NCBI GenBank assembly: GCA_049285915.1
Contig: JBAQAW010000058.1
Location: 1,739-65,738, forward strand
Reading direction: 5' to 3'
Origin: Candidatus Cybelea sp.
GTDB taxonomy: Bacteria > Vulcanimicrobiota > Vulcanimicrobiia > Vulcanimicrobiales > Vulcanimicrobiaceae
Length of the DNA: 64,000 nt
Shown: positions 55,124-64,000 of the stretch, piece by piece
Position numbering within the stretch: the stretch's first letter is position 1
Layout: each line of letters starts with the position of its first letter
The notes under the pieces: model-generated
Databases searched by the model: none
The model's input: only the letters and a program-made list of their open reading frames with translations
What the model was told of the DNA's origin: nothing
Translations under genes and position numbers: made by a program

Positions 55124-56482
55124 ATGAGGAAAAGATGGCCGGCGGCTCTTCCGGTGGCGGCGTTGCTGCTGGGGGGATGCGGCATGGGCAGCCCCGCGCT
55201 GCCGTACATGCGCGGCGATACGATGATGGGGGCCTTGAACGATACCGGCGCCGGGAAGATCACCCACATCGTCTACATCGTTCAGGAGAATCGCAGCTTC
55301 GACAACCTCTTTCACAATTATCCCGGCGCGGATACCGTCTCGAGCGGAAAAAACTCGCACGGCCAAACGATCGTACTGCAGCCGGTCCACCTCAGCGCGC
55401 ACTACGACATCGATCACTCCGCCGGTGCGATGTTCTCCGCGTGCAACGCTCCGCCGGGCGACCTTCCGGGAACGCACTGTCGGATGAACGGTTTCGATCT
55501 CGAGCAGTACTACAACGTGCCGCAGGGCCTCAAACATCCGCAGTACACGTACACGCCGGCCGGCGAATCGAAGCCGTACTTCGCGATGGCGCGCGAGGGG
55601 GCGCTGGCGGACCGCATGTTCCAATCGCAGATCGACGAGAGCTTCGTGGCGCATCAATACATCATCGCGGCGCAGGCGCAGTGGGCGGTGGACCTTCCGG
55701 ACAGCTTTTTCTGGGGCTGTGAGGAAGGCAGCATTACGGTTCGAACGATTTCGAAGCAACGCCTGTTAGGATCCCCGATCTCCGCGTGCTTCGATTACAC
55801 GACGTTGGGAGACGAGCTCGACAAGGCGCATCGCACGTGGCGATTCTATGCGAGCCAGTACGGCAGCGCCTCGAGCGGCGCAGGCGGGACGTGGTCGAGC
55901 TATCAGGCGATCGATCACATCTACAACGGACCGGATTGGAAGAAAGACGTGATCTCACCGAACTGGAAGTTCATCACCGACGTGCGCGCCGGCAAGCTTG
56001 CGAACTTCACATGGATTACGCCGGTCTGCGACGATTCCGACCACGTGAACTGCTCCGGCGGATACGGGCCGTCCTGGGTGGCGGCGCTCGTGAACACCGT
56101 CGGTCAGAGCAAGTTTTGGAACTCGACGGCGATCTTCATCCAGTGGGACGACTGGGGCGGCCTTTACGATCACGTCGCACCGCCCTACCTCGATCGCGAC
56201 AGCCTCGGTTTCCGCGTGCCGCTCGTCATGCTTTCGCCGTACGTCAAGCGCGGCCACATTTCAAAGGTGCAGTACGAAACCGCGAGCGTGCTGCGCTTTG
56301 CCGAGGATCTCTGGGGCTTACCTCAGATGGCGCCGGCCGACCGGCGCGCGACCTCACCGGCCAAAGATAACTTCGACTTCACGCAAAAACCGCTGCCGTT
56401 CAAGAAAATTGCGGCGCCGCTCCCACCGAAATTCTTCATGCATCAACTGCCGGACGACTACTTCGCGCCGGACGAGCAGTAG
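55124..56482 (+). CDS. PE-B: PLC/AcpA-family phosphoesterase lipoprotein
   Basis: Lipobox LLGGC. GAGKITHIVYIVQENRSFDNLF, DESFVAHQYIIAAQA, DSDHVNCSGGYGPSWV, IQWDDWGGLYDHVAP. Confidence 0.9.
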   Translation: MRKRWPAALPVAALLLGGCGMGSPALPYMRGDTMMGALNDTGAGKITHIVYIVQENRSFDNLFHNYPGADTVSSGKNSHGQTIVLQPVHLSAHYDIDHSAGAMFSACNAPPGDLPGTHCRMNGFDLEQYYNVPQGLKHPQYTYTPAGESKPYFAMAREGALADRMFQSQIDESFVAHQYIIAAQAQWAVDLPDSFFWGCEEGSITVRTISKQRLLGSPISACFDYTTLGDELDKAHRTWRFYASQYGSASSGAGGTWSSYQAIDHIYNGPDWKKDVISPNWKFITDVRAGKLANFTWITPVCDDSDHVNCSGGYGPSWVAALVNTVGQSKFWNSTAIFIQWDDWGGLYDHVAPPYLDRDSLGFRVPLVMLSPYVKRGHISKVQYETASVLRFAEDLWGLPQMAPADRRATSPAKDNFDFTQKPLPFKKIAAPLPPKFFMHQLPDDYFAPDEQ

Positions 56483-56649
56483 CGCGGCGGCCGGCTCGCC
56501 GGTCGTCGTGCTGGGTTTACCAAGCATTGGGACCTTTTTCCCATGGGGTATGGACAATTCGCCTTAGCTCGTTTAGGCTAGATCAGCTGGCTCCAGCGTT
56601 GGCGGGGCCGGCACGCAAACGCGTAGCTTACAAAATCCTCAAGCACGAG

Positions 56650-56679
56650 GGAAAAGCGCCCCCCGCCGGGCGCTTTTCC
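56650..56679. terminator. Bidirectional-looking terminator hairpin
   Basis: GGAAAAGCGCCC-CCCGCC-GGGCGCTTTTCC. 12-bp stem with A/T-rich flanks on both sides. Confidence 0.5.
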
Positions 56680-56696
56680 AAATTTGAGGCTATCGC

Positions 56697-56916
56697 GTGC
56701 CGGCGGAGCAAAGCTTCACCTACAATCGCGTAGAGTTCAAAAACTATCGAGGAAAGCTGAAGGGCCGCGTTACGCTAAAGGCGACTTGCGGTCGATTCTC
56801 GCGGTTCGAACATTTCCTGGTGGAACTATCCTGCCGGCGGAAAGCCCTTGCAGACGATCGACGGCGCCGGCACCAACGTCGTGGGGATCGTGGTAAGCAC
56901 CGCGCGACAGCACTAG
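56697..56916 (+). pseudogene. Relic of the 3' end of a BP1 gene (two frames, no N-terminal part)
   Basis: Frame 3 reads NRVEFKNYRGKLKGRVTLKAT (compare IYRVKISGTSGRVTGETV). Frame 1 reads LAVDSRGSNISWWNYPAGGKPLQTIDGAGTNVVGIVVS* (compare VGIWKYPAGGAPTKTIGGLYVPLGTVVS). Confidence 0.5.
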
Positions 56917-56952
56917 CGTGAGGCACGAGAAAGCAAATGAAGAAAACCCCGG

Positions 56953-57225
56953 TCAGATCGGCGGGGAGTTTGCGTGCGCACCGAGCGCGAAGCGCAGGCG
57001 CAGAATCTGATCGAGGACTGCGGCGATCTCTTCGGGCGTAAAGAGTGACAGCAATCGCTGATTCACGTCCGCGAGCGGAAGAACGTCGGACTCTCGGCCG
57101 CCTTTGCCCAGGCCTTGGGGATCGCGAAAGCCCAGCGCATCAACGACCAATGTCGCGGCGCGTTTGGGCTCGATATCACCGGCGTTTTGGTCGGAAATCT
57201 CGATTATCGCGGTCAAGTCCGGCAT
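56953..57225 (-). CDS. Hypothetical protein
   Basis: 90-aa ORF of plausible composition. No family recognised. Confidence 0.3.
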   Translation of the reverse strand: MPDLTAIIEISDQNAGDIEPKRAATLVVDALGFRDPQGLGKGGRESDVLPLADVNQRLLSLFTPEEIAAVLDQILRLRFALGAHANSPPI

Positions 57226-57300
57226 CGTTTACTTTAGATACCACGGAGAGTGGCGTATAAAACGTTCGGCCGGCCTTCTGCCTTCGTGGAAGCGGCCCGC

Positions 57301-57825
57301 ATGCGCAAAGGTGCCGTTACTCTTGCATTAGCCTTTATAATGTTCGTAGGAGGATCGCTGCAGAGCGCGCGGGCCGCCGGCCATTCGCAGGGACCGCCGC
57401 CGCTGCGCGACTTGGGGTGGTTGATCGGGGGCTCCTGGCAGACGATCGACCATGGCGTTCCATTGACCGTCAAGACGACGCACTCGTGGTCGCCCAACGG
57501 CGCGATCATTGAGTTCACGACGACGTTCATTACGAACGGCCAGTCGAAGAACAAGTATGACGGCCATTTTTACCTCGACCCCGGCACGCAAAACGTTATC
57601 GTGTGGTACGCGCACGACGACTTCACGATAACCCAGGCGCCGGTTGAGGGGCAGCGGCAACAAGGCTTTTCGATGCAGTTCAAAGAGGCCGGCGACTCAA
57701 AGACTCTGCAAACCTATCGCGTGGTTGTGACGAAGACTGGAGCCGATGCCTATACCTGGGAACTCGATCAGCAGAGCGGCTCGGCGTGGCAGAAGGCTTT
57801 AACGCTGCATTTCGTGCGAAGCTGA
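57301..57825 (+). CDS. Secreted hypothetical protein
   Basis: Trimmed to MRKGAVTLALAFIMFVGGSLQSARA (Sec signal). Beta-rich mature part. Confidence 0.5.
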   Translation: MRKGAVTLALAFIMFVGGSLQSARAAGHSQGPPPLRDLGWLIGGSWQTIDHGVPLTVKTTHSWSPNGAIIEFTTTFITNGQSKNKYDGHFYLDPGTQNVIVWYAHDDFTITQAPVEGQRQQGFSMQFKEAGDSKTLQTYRVVVTKTGADAYTWELDQQSGSAWQKALTLHFVRS

Positions 57826-57835
57826 AGTCGTCTTC

Positions 57836-57961
<126 letters not shown>

Positions 57962-58007
57962 TTTCTCTCCGTTCCTATAGATGCTCGTGGTTCGTACGTG
58001 GTTTACC

Positions 58008-59351
58008 CTAATGTGTCGGGCCTTCAACGGGGATGCGAATGATGCAGGCTGCGCCGGCGTCGTCTCGGTTATGCAGTTCGATCGCGCCGCCGGCCCGCTC
58101 CACCGCTTTTGCGGCGATCGACAGACCGAGCCCAGTTCCGACGATTCCCTCGGAGGCCGCTCCACGGTAGAAACGATCGAAGGCCGAGGAGAGGTCGGCG
58201 TGCGAAAACCCCGGGCCGTCGTCGCTCACCGTAATTTCGCAGAGGCCGTCGTAGCGTCGGACGCCGATGGTGATGGGACGCTGCCCGCCGTACTTTAGCG
58301 CGTTGTCGACGACGGCCGCCACCGCTTCGCGAAGCTCGGAGGCGGCCGCGCGAATGGGTGTTGCCGTATCTGCGAGCTCCACATGGAGGCGTTGCTGATC
58401 TTGGAGTGAGAACCCGCGCGGGACGTCACGCACGACGTCGTTCAGGTCGAAGACCGTTTCGGCGGTCGGCGCGACGTGCTCGAGCCGGGCCAGCAGGATG
58501 AGCTCGTCGATGAGCGTCTTCATGCGGCGGCCCTGGCCGAGCATCGCCGGCACGGCCTCTCCTTCCGAACCGTTGCTGCTGCGCGCCGCCATCGCGCTCA
58601 AGTAGCCGATGATGACCGTCAGCGGCGTGCGCAGCTGGTGGCCCGCATCGGCCACGAATTGCCGCATCTCGGCGCTGGCCTTCGCGCGTTCGTCGAGCGC
58701 GCGCGTGATCTGCGCGACGGCACGATTGTATGCCTGCACCAGCTCGCCGACCTCACTGGTGTCGGTGGTTGAAACCGTTGCCGGGGTGAAGTCGCCGTCG
58801 CCGAAGCGGTTCAACGCAGCGGTCGTGCGCAGCAGCGGATCGAGAGAGTTTGACGCGACGACGAGCGCGATCCTCCAGGCGGCGACGATAACGACGATCG
58901 CGACGACGGCCATGGCCGTCAAGTAATATTCGACGAAGCGTTGGTAGAACGACGAGTTGACGAAAACCGTGGTGCGTGCGGTGCCGTAAGCGACCGTGAG
59001 CGGACGCACGTGTTCCATTAGCATCCGCACGATGAGGCTTTCCCGAAACGGTCCGTGCGGCGGAGCGAGATGCGGGACGCCGGGGAAGAGGTCGGTGTGC
59101 GTGCGAATCGGCAACGGCGCCAGTCGCGCTTCGAAATACGCGTCGATGTCGGTGGAGGTGCTGTTTTGCCAATCGTACGAAGCGGCCAAGGCCGGAATCT
59201 GCCGAGCTGCGGAGTTTATTGCTTGGCGCGCTTGATAGGAGAGCGCTTCGCTCATGACGATTCCAACCAGCGCCGCGCAGCAGAGCACGATCAATACGCC
59301 GCTCGTGACGTGCCACGCGATCAGGCGGCTGCGGAGTGAGGGAAGGTGCAA
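58008..59351 (-). CDS. Sensor histidine kinase (2 TM, HAMP, HisKA, HATPase_c)
   Basis: H-box FVADAGHQLRTPLT, N-box VVDNALKYG, G-boxes DDGPGF and GTGLGLSIA. Confidence 0.85.
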   Translation of the reverse strand: MHLPSLRSRLIAWHVTSGVLIVLCCAALVGIVMSEALSYQARQAINSAARQIPALAASYDWQNSTSTDIDAYFEARLAPLPIRTHTDLFPGVPHLAPPHGPFRESLIVRMLMEHVRPLTVAYGTARTTVFVNSSFYQRFVEYYLTAMAVVAIVVIVAAWRIALVVASNSLDPLLRTTAALNRFGDGDFTPATVSTTDTSEVGELVQAYNRAVAQITRALDERAKASAEMRQFVADAGHQLRTPLTVIIGYLSAMAARSSNGSEGEAVPAMLGQGRRMKTLIDELILLARLEHVAPTAETVFDLNDVVRDVPRGFSLQDQQRLHVELADTATPIRAAASELREAVAAVVDNALKYGGQRPITIGVRRYDGLCEITVSDDGPGFSHADLSSAFDRFYRGAASEGIVGTGLGLSIAAKAVERAGGAIELHNRDDAGAACIIRIPVEGPTH

Positions 59352-59358
59352 GCGATCC

Positions 59359-60042
59359 TTAGGAGTGCAGGGTGTAGCCGGCGCCTCGTATCGTCACGAC
59401 CAGCGGGGGCTCGTTCTCATCTGCGTTGACTTTTGCTCGCAGGTACGAGATGTAGGTCTCGACGCAGTTTTGCGAGACCTCGGATTCGAAACCCCAGACG
59501 CGGTCGAGCAGGTCGTCTTTGCTAAAGACGCGGTGCGGTTCGCGCATGAAAGTCTCCAGCAGCCGAAACTCGCGTCCGGTCAGTGCCAGCTCCGACTCAC
59601 CGCGGTGGACTTTGTGCCGGCGGAGGTCCATCTCGAGGTCGTTGTACGTGAGGATCTCGGGTGCATCGAGCTGCGGGCGGCGCAATGCGGAACGAATTCG
59701 TGCGATCAGTTCCGGCGTCTCAAAGGGTTTGGCGAGGTATTGATCCGCGCCGCGCTCGAGGCCGAGCACCTTATCCCCGGTTTCGCCTTTGGCGCTGAGA
59801 ATGAAGATCGGTGCCTGAGTCAGCGCGCGGTACCGCGGCAGCACGCTGATGCCGTCGATCTTGGGCATCATTACGTCGAGCAGGATCAGGGACGGATCGA
59901 ACTCGCGCACGACGTCGAGCCCCGCGAGCCCGTCGCGGGCCCCGCGAACCTCGAATCCGGCCGCTTCGAGTTCCCACGTCAGCAAACGGCGGATCGGCTC
60001 CTCGTCGTCGATCACGACGATTCGCGGCGCTCGTGAGTCCAT
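59359..60042 (-). CDS. OmpR-family response regulator
   Basis: RIVVIDDEEPIRRLL, LILLDVMMPKIDG, SAKGE. Winged-helix LTGREFRLLETFMREPHRVFSKDDLLDRVWG. Confidence 0.9.
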   Translation of the reverse strand: MDSRAPRIVVIDDEEPIRRLLTWELEAAGFEVRGARDGLAGLDVVREFDPSLILLDVMMPKIDGISVLPRYRALTQAPIFILSAKGETGDKVLGLERGADQYLAKPFETPELIARIRSALRRPQLDAPEILTYNDLEMDLRRHKVHRGESELALTGREFRLLETFMREPHRVFSKDDLLDRVWGFESEVSQNCVETYISYLRAKVNADENEPPLVVTIRGAGYTLHS

Positions 60043-60191
60043 CGTTCAACGGTAGCGCTCCTCGCTGAGATGGACCTTGGGACGGCCCGGGCGCCCTAGG
60101 CTGGTCAGGGCAGTGTCGCGGCCTTCGACGGCTGGAGGATCGAGGTCGACGCTTCATGAGCGCTTTCGCGGCTCCGCGTAATGAAGAGTTC

Positions 60192-61134
60192 ATGAAGTAT
60201 CATGCCAGCTCCAAGCCCTGGCTCGCACTCTCGCTAGGCGCACTCGCGACTCTCTCTGCCGGATGCGCCGGCGCAAACACGGGCACCGCGTTTGAATCGC
60301 CTGTCCTTCAGAACCAGGAAACGCGCCCGGCCACCCAATCGCAACAGAAGCTCTACGTTACCGACGTCAATGGGAGTGTGTCGGTTTTCAGCGTCGGCAA
60401 GAAGCCGCAATTGCTGCGGACCATCACCGACGGCGTTCCGCGCCCCTACGGGGTCTGGGTCGACGAGAATGGAATTCTGTACGTCGTCAACCTCGCAAAC
60501 GACTCGGGTGAGGCGAGTCTCTCGGAATACAAGCCTGGAGCGTTCTCGCCGTTCTTCCAAATCACCAGCGGTGTTTTGAATTTCGGCGTCGTCGCCGTCG
60601 ACGACAGTGGCAACGTCTATCTCTCAGGCCTGGCGTCGTCCTACGAGGTGTCGTACGTCAACGTCTATCCGCCCGGCGCGTACACGCCCGCAGACGCTCC
60701 AGGTCCCGACGGAACGTGCGCTCTCTCGATCGGAGAGCTTGACCTTCGATCCCAGCGGCAATCTCCTCGTGGGTGTCGCAGCGCTGCCGAAAAAATATAT
60801 CTCCGTCTTGCGGTTGGCGTACGGTTCTCAGCAATTTACTAACGTCGGCCTCAAGAGAACAGCGGGTGTCCTCGCAGCGGCGGATGCAGCGGGGAACATC
60901 TATGTGGGTGGCGGCACCCGGAAGATCGACATCTACGCACCTAACCCCACAAAATCGAAGCACGTCATCCGCATACCCGGAGGCCACCTCGTAACGGCCC
61001 TTACCGTTGCCGGCGATGGAACGCTGTACGTCGGCTCGGAGTCTTTCATCTACGTGTGCTCGCCGAAAAAGCTTAAGCTGGAGACGACGATCTCCGGGGG
61101 CGGTTCAATCGGCGGCCTTGGTTTGTCGCCGTAG
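60192..61134 (+). pseudogene. BP2 NHL-repeat lipoprotein with a frameshift near 60690..60735
   Basis: The N part is in the frame of ORF 60156 (lipobox LSAGC, LYVTDVNGSVSVF, PYGVWVDENGILYVVN, VVAVDDSGNVYLSG). The C part is in the frame of ORF 60607 (SLTFDPSGNLLVG, LAAADAAGNIYVGG, ALTVAGDGTLYVGS). Confidence 0.6.
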
Positions 61135-61153
61135 GCATTGCTCTGCCGGCACG

Positions 61154-61642
61154 CTAGCAGAGTTGGTGCTCGATATCGTAGCGTATGCTGTTGCCAGGCA
61201 GAACGGAGTCATCTGGTGGTGCGGCGATCACGCTCCCATCATCGCGGTGAAAGTAGAGGTTGCGGTTCCAGAGCGCGTGAGGCCAGATCTGCTTCGGATT
61301 GTCGAAGAACAAAACGAATTGAGGGTTGGGATCCGAGGTGAAGGCGAATCGCAGAGTTGCGCGTTGGCAAGGCTTCACGCGCGCCAGGGTTTTTCGGATG
61401 AGGGCGGTGTCGGCTGGGCTGAGCCTACGCCCTTCAAACCTACGATAGCCTTCGGCCGAGAAGCTTGGCCACATCAGTGGCGTAGGTGTCGGCGGGGGCG
61501 CTGTATAGCCTTGGGCGAAAGGTGTCTGCGCCGAGCTTCCCTGCCTATGTGAGTCGCGTGAGTCGATGCAGCCGAGCATTGAACACACGGTTAAACCGGC
61601 GCAAACGCCGCGGCTGACTTGTGCGAGGAGTCCTTTGGTCAT
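61154..61642 (-). CDS. Hypothetical lipoprotein
   Basis: LTVCSMLGC lipobox. No family recognised. Confidence 0.5.
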   Translation of the reverse strand: MTKGLLAQVSRGVCAGLTVCSMLGCIDSRDSHRQGSSAQTPFAQGYTAPPPTPTPLMWPSFSAEGYRRFEGRRLSPADTALIRKTLARVKPCQRATLRFAFTSDPNPQFVLFFDNPKQIWPHALWNRNLYFHRDDGSVIAAPPDDSVLPGNSIRYDIEHQLC

Positions 61643-61675
61643 CCGCCCTCATAAATCCCGAACATGTTCCAGGAT

Positions 61676-61849
61676 CTACCACGCGTGCGGGGTTTCCTTC
61701 TCGAAGAACAGGGTCCACGAGTTGCCGCTAGCGGCAAGCTGGAAGTGTACGCAACGGAAGCCGGTTCCGGCGGCCTCGTTCAGGGCCGCCTGGAGGCCCT
61801 GCTCCGTGCTGCTCTCTACGGATTTGACAAGGTAGTGAAATTTCGCCAT
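61676..61849 (-). CDS. 57-aa ORF, DUF4177-like
   Basis: MAKFHYLVKSVESSTEQGLQAALNEAAGTGFRCVHFQLAASGNSWTLFFEKETPHAW*. Below the length cutoff of the ORF track. No clear SD. Confidence 0.3.
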   Translation of the reverse strand: MAKFHYLVKSVESSTEQGLQAALNEAAGTGFRCVHFQLAASGNSWTLFFEKETPHAW

Positions 61850-62017
61850 CGCGATGATTATAGGCGTCCCCTGCGAGAAACGTCAACGGCGGACAGGTTC
61901 ACTACTGTGTGGTAGCGGAGTCGCGCGTAACGGAACTCCTCCGCCCCGAATTTGCTCCGAGGCGAAACGCCGCCATTCAATACTATATTTGATGCGGCGC
62001 TGGGGAATCGGCGCCTC

Positions 62018-62404
62018 TCACGCTTGGTCCGCCTCTATGGCTTTGTCCAGGCGCTGCAACAGGCGTCCGACCGAAGGTAACGCTCGGCGTGCGCCTCCAC
62101 TAGCGTCGCTAAAACGCACCCATACCTTGTCCGGGTCCGTCCACCCCTCGTTATATATCATAATATCGTCGGACCACTCTGTTTGCGTTTTATCGGCGCC
62201 CTCGCACCATTTGCAGCGTGGGCTCTCCGCCTCGCATCGCGGATCCTGCGAACACCTAGAACGCAGGAGCTTTATGGTTTTGACGGCAGCGGCTGCAAAC
62301 GTGATAGGAAATGCAAGTTCACACCATTCGCAGCGCGGGTGCCGTAGATTGCATGGCGGAACTTGCGTGCAGCGAGCACTTAGCTCCTGAGCGATACTCT
62401 GCAT
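62018..62404 (-). CDS. Cys-rich hypothetical protein with a duplicated CX5CX6CX2C module
   Basis: CTQVPPCNLRHPRCEWCE and CSQDPRCEAESPRCKWCE. No SD seen. Lies in a locally lower-GC stretch. Confidence 0.4.
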   Translation of the reverse strand: MQSIAQELSARCTQVPPCNLRHPRCEWCELAFPITFAAAAVKTIKLLRSRCSQDPRCEAESPRCKWCEGADKTQTEWSDDIMIYNEGWTDPDKVWVRFSDASGGARRALPSVGRLLQRLDKAIEADQA

Positions 62405-62476
62405 GGTGGAAGCATACGCCCCAGAATCGGTGTGTCAAGCGGAGGGCGGCGACGTGTGAGGTTGATTCTGGTGTGT

Positions 62477-63922
62477 TTACGACGCCGGAGCGGCTGCCTC
62501 TTCGATGATGCGCTTGGCCATGTTGCCGAAGATTGCGGCGTGAAACGGCGCGACCGAATACCAGTAGAGGTAGCCCCCAAGGCCGCGCGGCTCGAAGAAG
62601 GCCGTCTGCACGAACGTGCTGCCGTTGCCGGCGCGCGGTTCCGCTTCGAACTGCAACCACGCTCGGCCCGGTAGCCGCATTTCCGCGCGCAAGCGCAACA
62701 GATGCCCCGGCTCGTAGGCTTCCACGCGCCAGAAATCGACCGCGTCGCCGACGCGAAGATCGTTAGCCGAACGCCGCCCGAGCCGCAAGCCGACGCCGCC
62801 GACCCAGCGATCCATCCAGCCGCGAATGCGCCAGAGCTGCTGTGAGCCGAACCAGCCGCGTTTTCCCCCCAGCGATGAAAAGATTGCTGCTACGCGCGCG
62901 GGTGACGCAGTGGCTTCGCCAACGCGGCGGTCGATCAGCATCCCCTCCTGAAGCCCGGCAAAATCGCCGTGCGGGGCGCGGGCCGAAAACGCGTCGAACC
63001 ACGTAGTCTCTCGATCAGCGCTGCGCGAGCGATCGAACGCCAAGCGGACGGCGTCGTCGAAGCCCATCGGCGCGATTTGCGGAAAGTCGCGCGCTGTGGC
63101 AGAGTCGCGCACGACGACCTCGTTGTACAGCCCCTTGATCAGCGGCTGTGCGAGCTTCGCCGGCACCGGTGTGATCAGATGAACCCAATACGACGAGAGC
63201 GTCGGAGAAAAGAACGGCACGACGACGATCCATCGCTTCAAGCCGCGAATCGCAGCGTAGCGCAGCATCATCTCGCGATAGGTCAGCACGTCGCGGCCGC
63301 CGATCTCGTAGATCCGGTTCTCCCGCGGCACCGAGAGCGCGGCGATTAGGTAGGCGAGCACATCGCGAATGCCGACCGGCTGGCAACGTGTCGTCACCCA
63401 GCGCGGCGCGATCATGACCGGAAGGCGTTCCGTTAAGTAGCGCATCATCTCGAAGCTGATCGAGCCGCTGCCGATAATTTGCGCGGCACGAAACTCGATC
63501 ACCGGCACGCCGCTTCCACGCAGCATCCCGCCAACCTCGTGGCGGCTGCGCAAGTGCGCGGAAAGCGAATCGCCGTCTTCGCCTAGGCCGCCGAGATAGA
63601 CGATCGCCTTGACGCCCGCCTCGCGGGCACCGGCGCCGAACTGCCGCGCCGTCTTCCGGTCGACCTCGGCATAGTCCGCAGTCGCGGCCATCGAGTGAAC
63701 GAGATAATAGGCAACATCGCAACCTTTTAGCGCCGTGACTAACGACGCAGCATCGTCAAGATTGCCCTCGACGATCTCGACGCGCTCACCGAACCGCCCA
63801 CGCAGACGCCCCACCGCGCGGGCCAGGCAACGCACCTCTAGGCCGGCATCGCGCAATCGTGGAACGAGGCGTCCGCCGATGTAGCCGGTCGACCCGGTCA
63901 CCAAAACTCGCATCGAGCCCAT
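62477..63922 (-). CDS. NAD(P)H-binding SDR-like protein fused to a DUF2867-like C-terminal domain
   Basis: MRVLVTGSTGYIGGRLVPRL Rossmann motif. C-terminal WRVEAYEPGHLLRLRAEMRLPGRAWLQFE. Start at M21 or M24 of the listed ORF. Confidence 0.8.
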   Translation of the reverse strand: MGSMRVLVTGSTGYIGGRLVPRLRDAGLEVRCLARAVGRLRGRFGERVEIVEGNLDDAASLVTALKGCDVAYYLVHSMAATADYAEVDRKTARQFGAGAREAGVKAIVYLGGLGEDGDSLSAHLRSRHEVGGMLRGSGVPVIEFRAAQIIGSGSISFEMMRYLTERLPVMIAPRWVTTRCQPVGIRDVLAYLIAALSVPRENRIYEIGGRDVLTYREMMLRYAAIRGLKRWIVVVPFFSPTLSSYWVHLITPVPAKLAQPLIKGLYNEVVVRDSATARDFPQIAPMGFDDAVRLAFDRSRSADRETTWFDAFSARAPHGDFAGLQEGMLIDRRVGEATASPARVAAIFSSLGGKRGWFGSQQLWRIRGWMDRWVGGVGLRLGRRSANDLRVGDAVDFWRVEAYEPGHLLRLRAEMRLPGRAWLQFEAEPRAGNGSTFVQTAFFEPRGLGGYLYWYSVAPFHAAIFGNMAKRIIEEAAAPAS

Positions 63923-64000
63923 TATTTCCCGCCTTGAGCGGCTCGAACCGCTCTTCGAACGAGGGCTCTTCAGTCGGATCAACTTCCGGTTCGTGCCGCC

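Overview
GC-rich bacterial chromosomal window of about 65 genes. I recognised no rRNA, tRNA, CRISPR array or prophage. The window opens with the 3' part of pstB. The dominant feature is two co-expanded lipoprotein families, every intact member carrying an N-terminal lipobox (L/V/A-x-G/A/S-C). (1) Ten paralogs of the PLC/AcpA-type phosphoesterase family ('PE'), recognised by the motifs QENRSFDNLF, SF(T/P/V)AHQ, SDH and WDDWGG(F/L)YDHV. They fall into three subtypes: A at 14132, 15654, 24071, 25801, 27262 and 34031; B at 19572, 28897 and 55124; C at 47484. (2) Sixteen NHL-like beta-propeller lipoproteins plus one relic ('BP'). BP1, with a (W/Y)PxGG C-terminal motif, is at 5206, 6914 (pseudogene), 17112, 35331, 42904, 43968, 45032, 46078, 50475 and the relic at 56697. 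BP2, with classical NHL blades, is at 878, 7914, 37555, 38662 and 60192 (pseudogene). BP3 is a tandem pair at 31615 and 32818. Two large LAL-type (AAA+/TPR/LuxR-HTH) regulators each sit divergently from BP1 genes. Other content: a PHA cluster (two phaB-like reductases, phaC, an XRE regulator, a phasin-like gene); an OmpR/HK two-component system followed by a tiny poly-Asp ORF; an IS1380-family element with TAAG target duplication; several pseudogenes; housekeeping or accessory genes (AKR, SDRs, methyltransferases, GNATs, cyclophilin, GlsB/YeaQ, DUF4242, DUF5069); and a dispersed modular intergenic repeat (core CCTTCGACAAGCTCAGGATGACA). Many long antisense ORFs in the six-frame track are GC-driven shadow ORFs. 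All family assignments come from motif recognition by eye and need HMM or structure confirmation.
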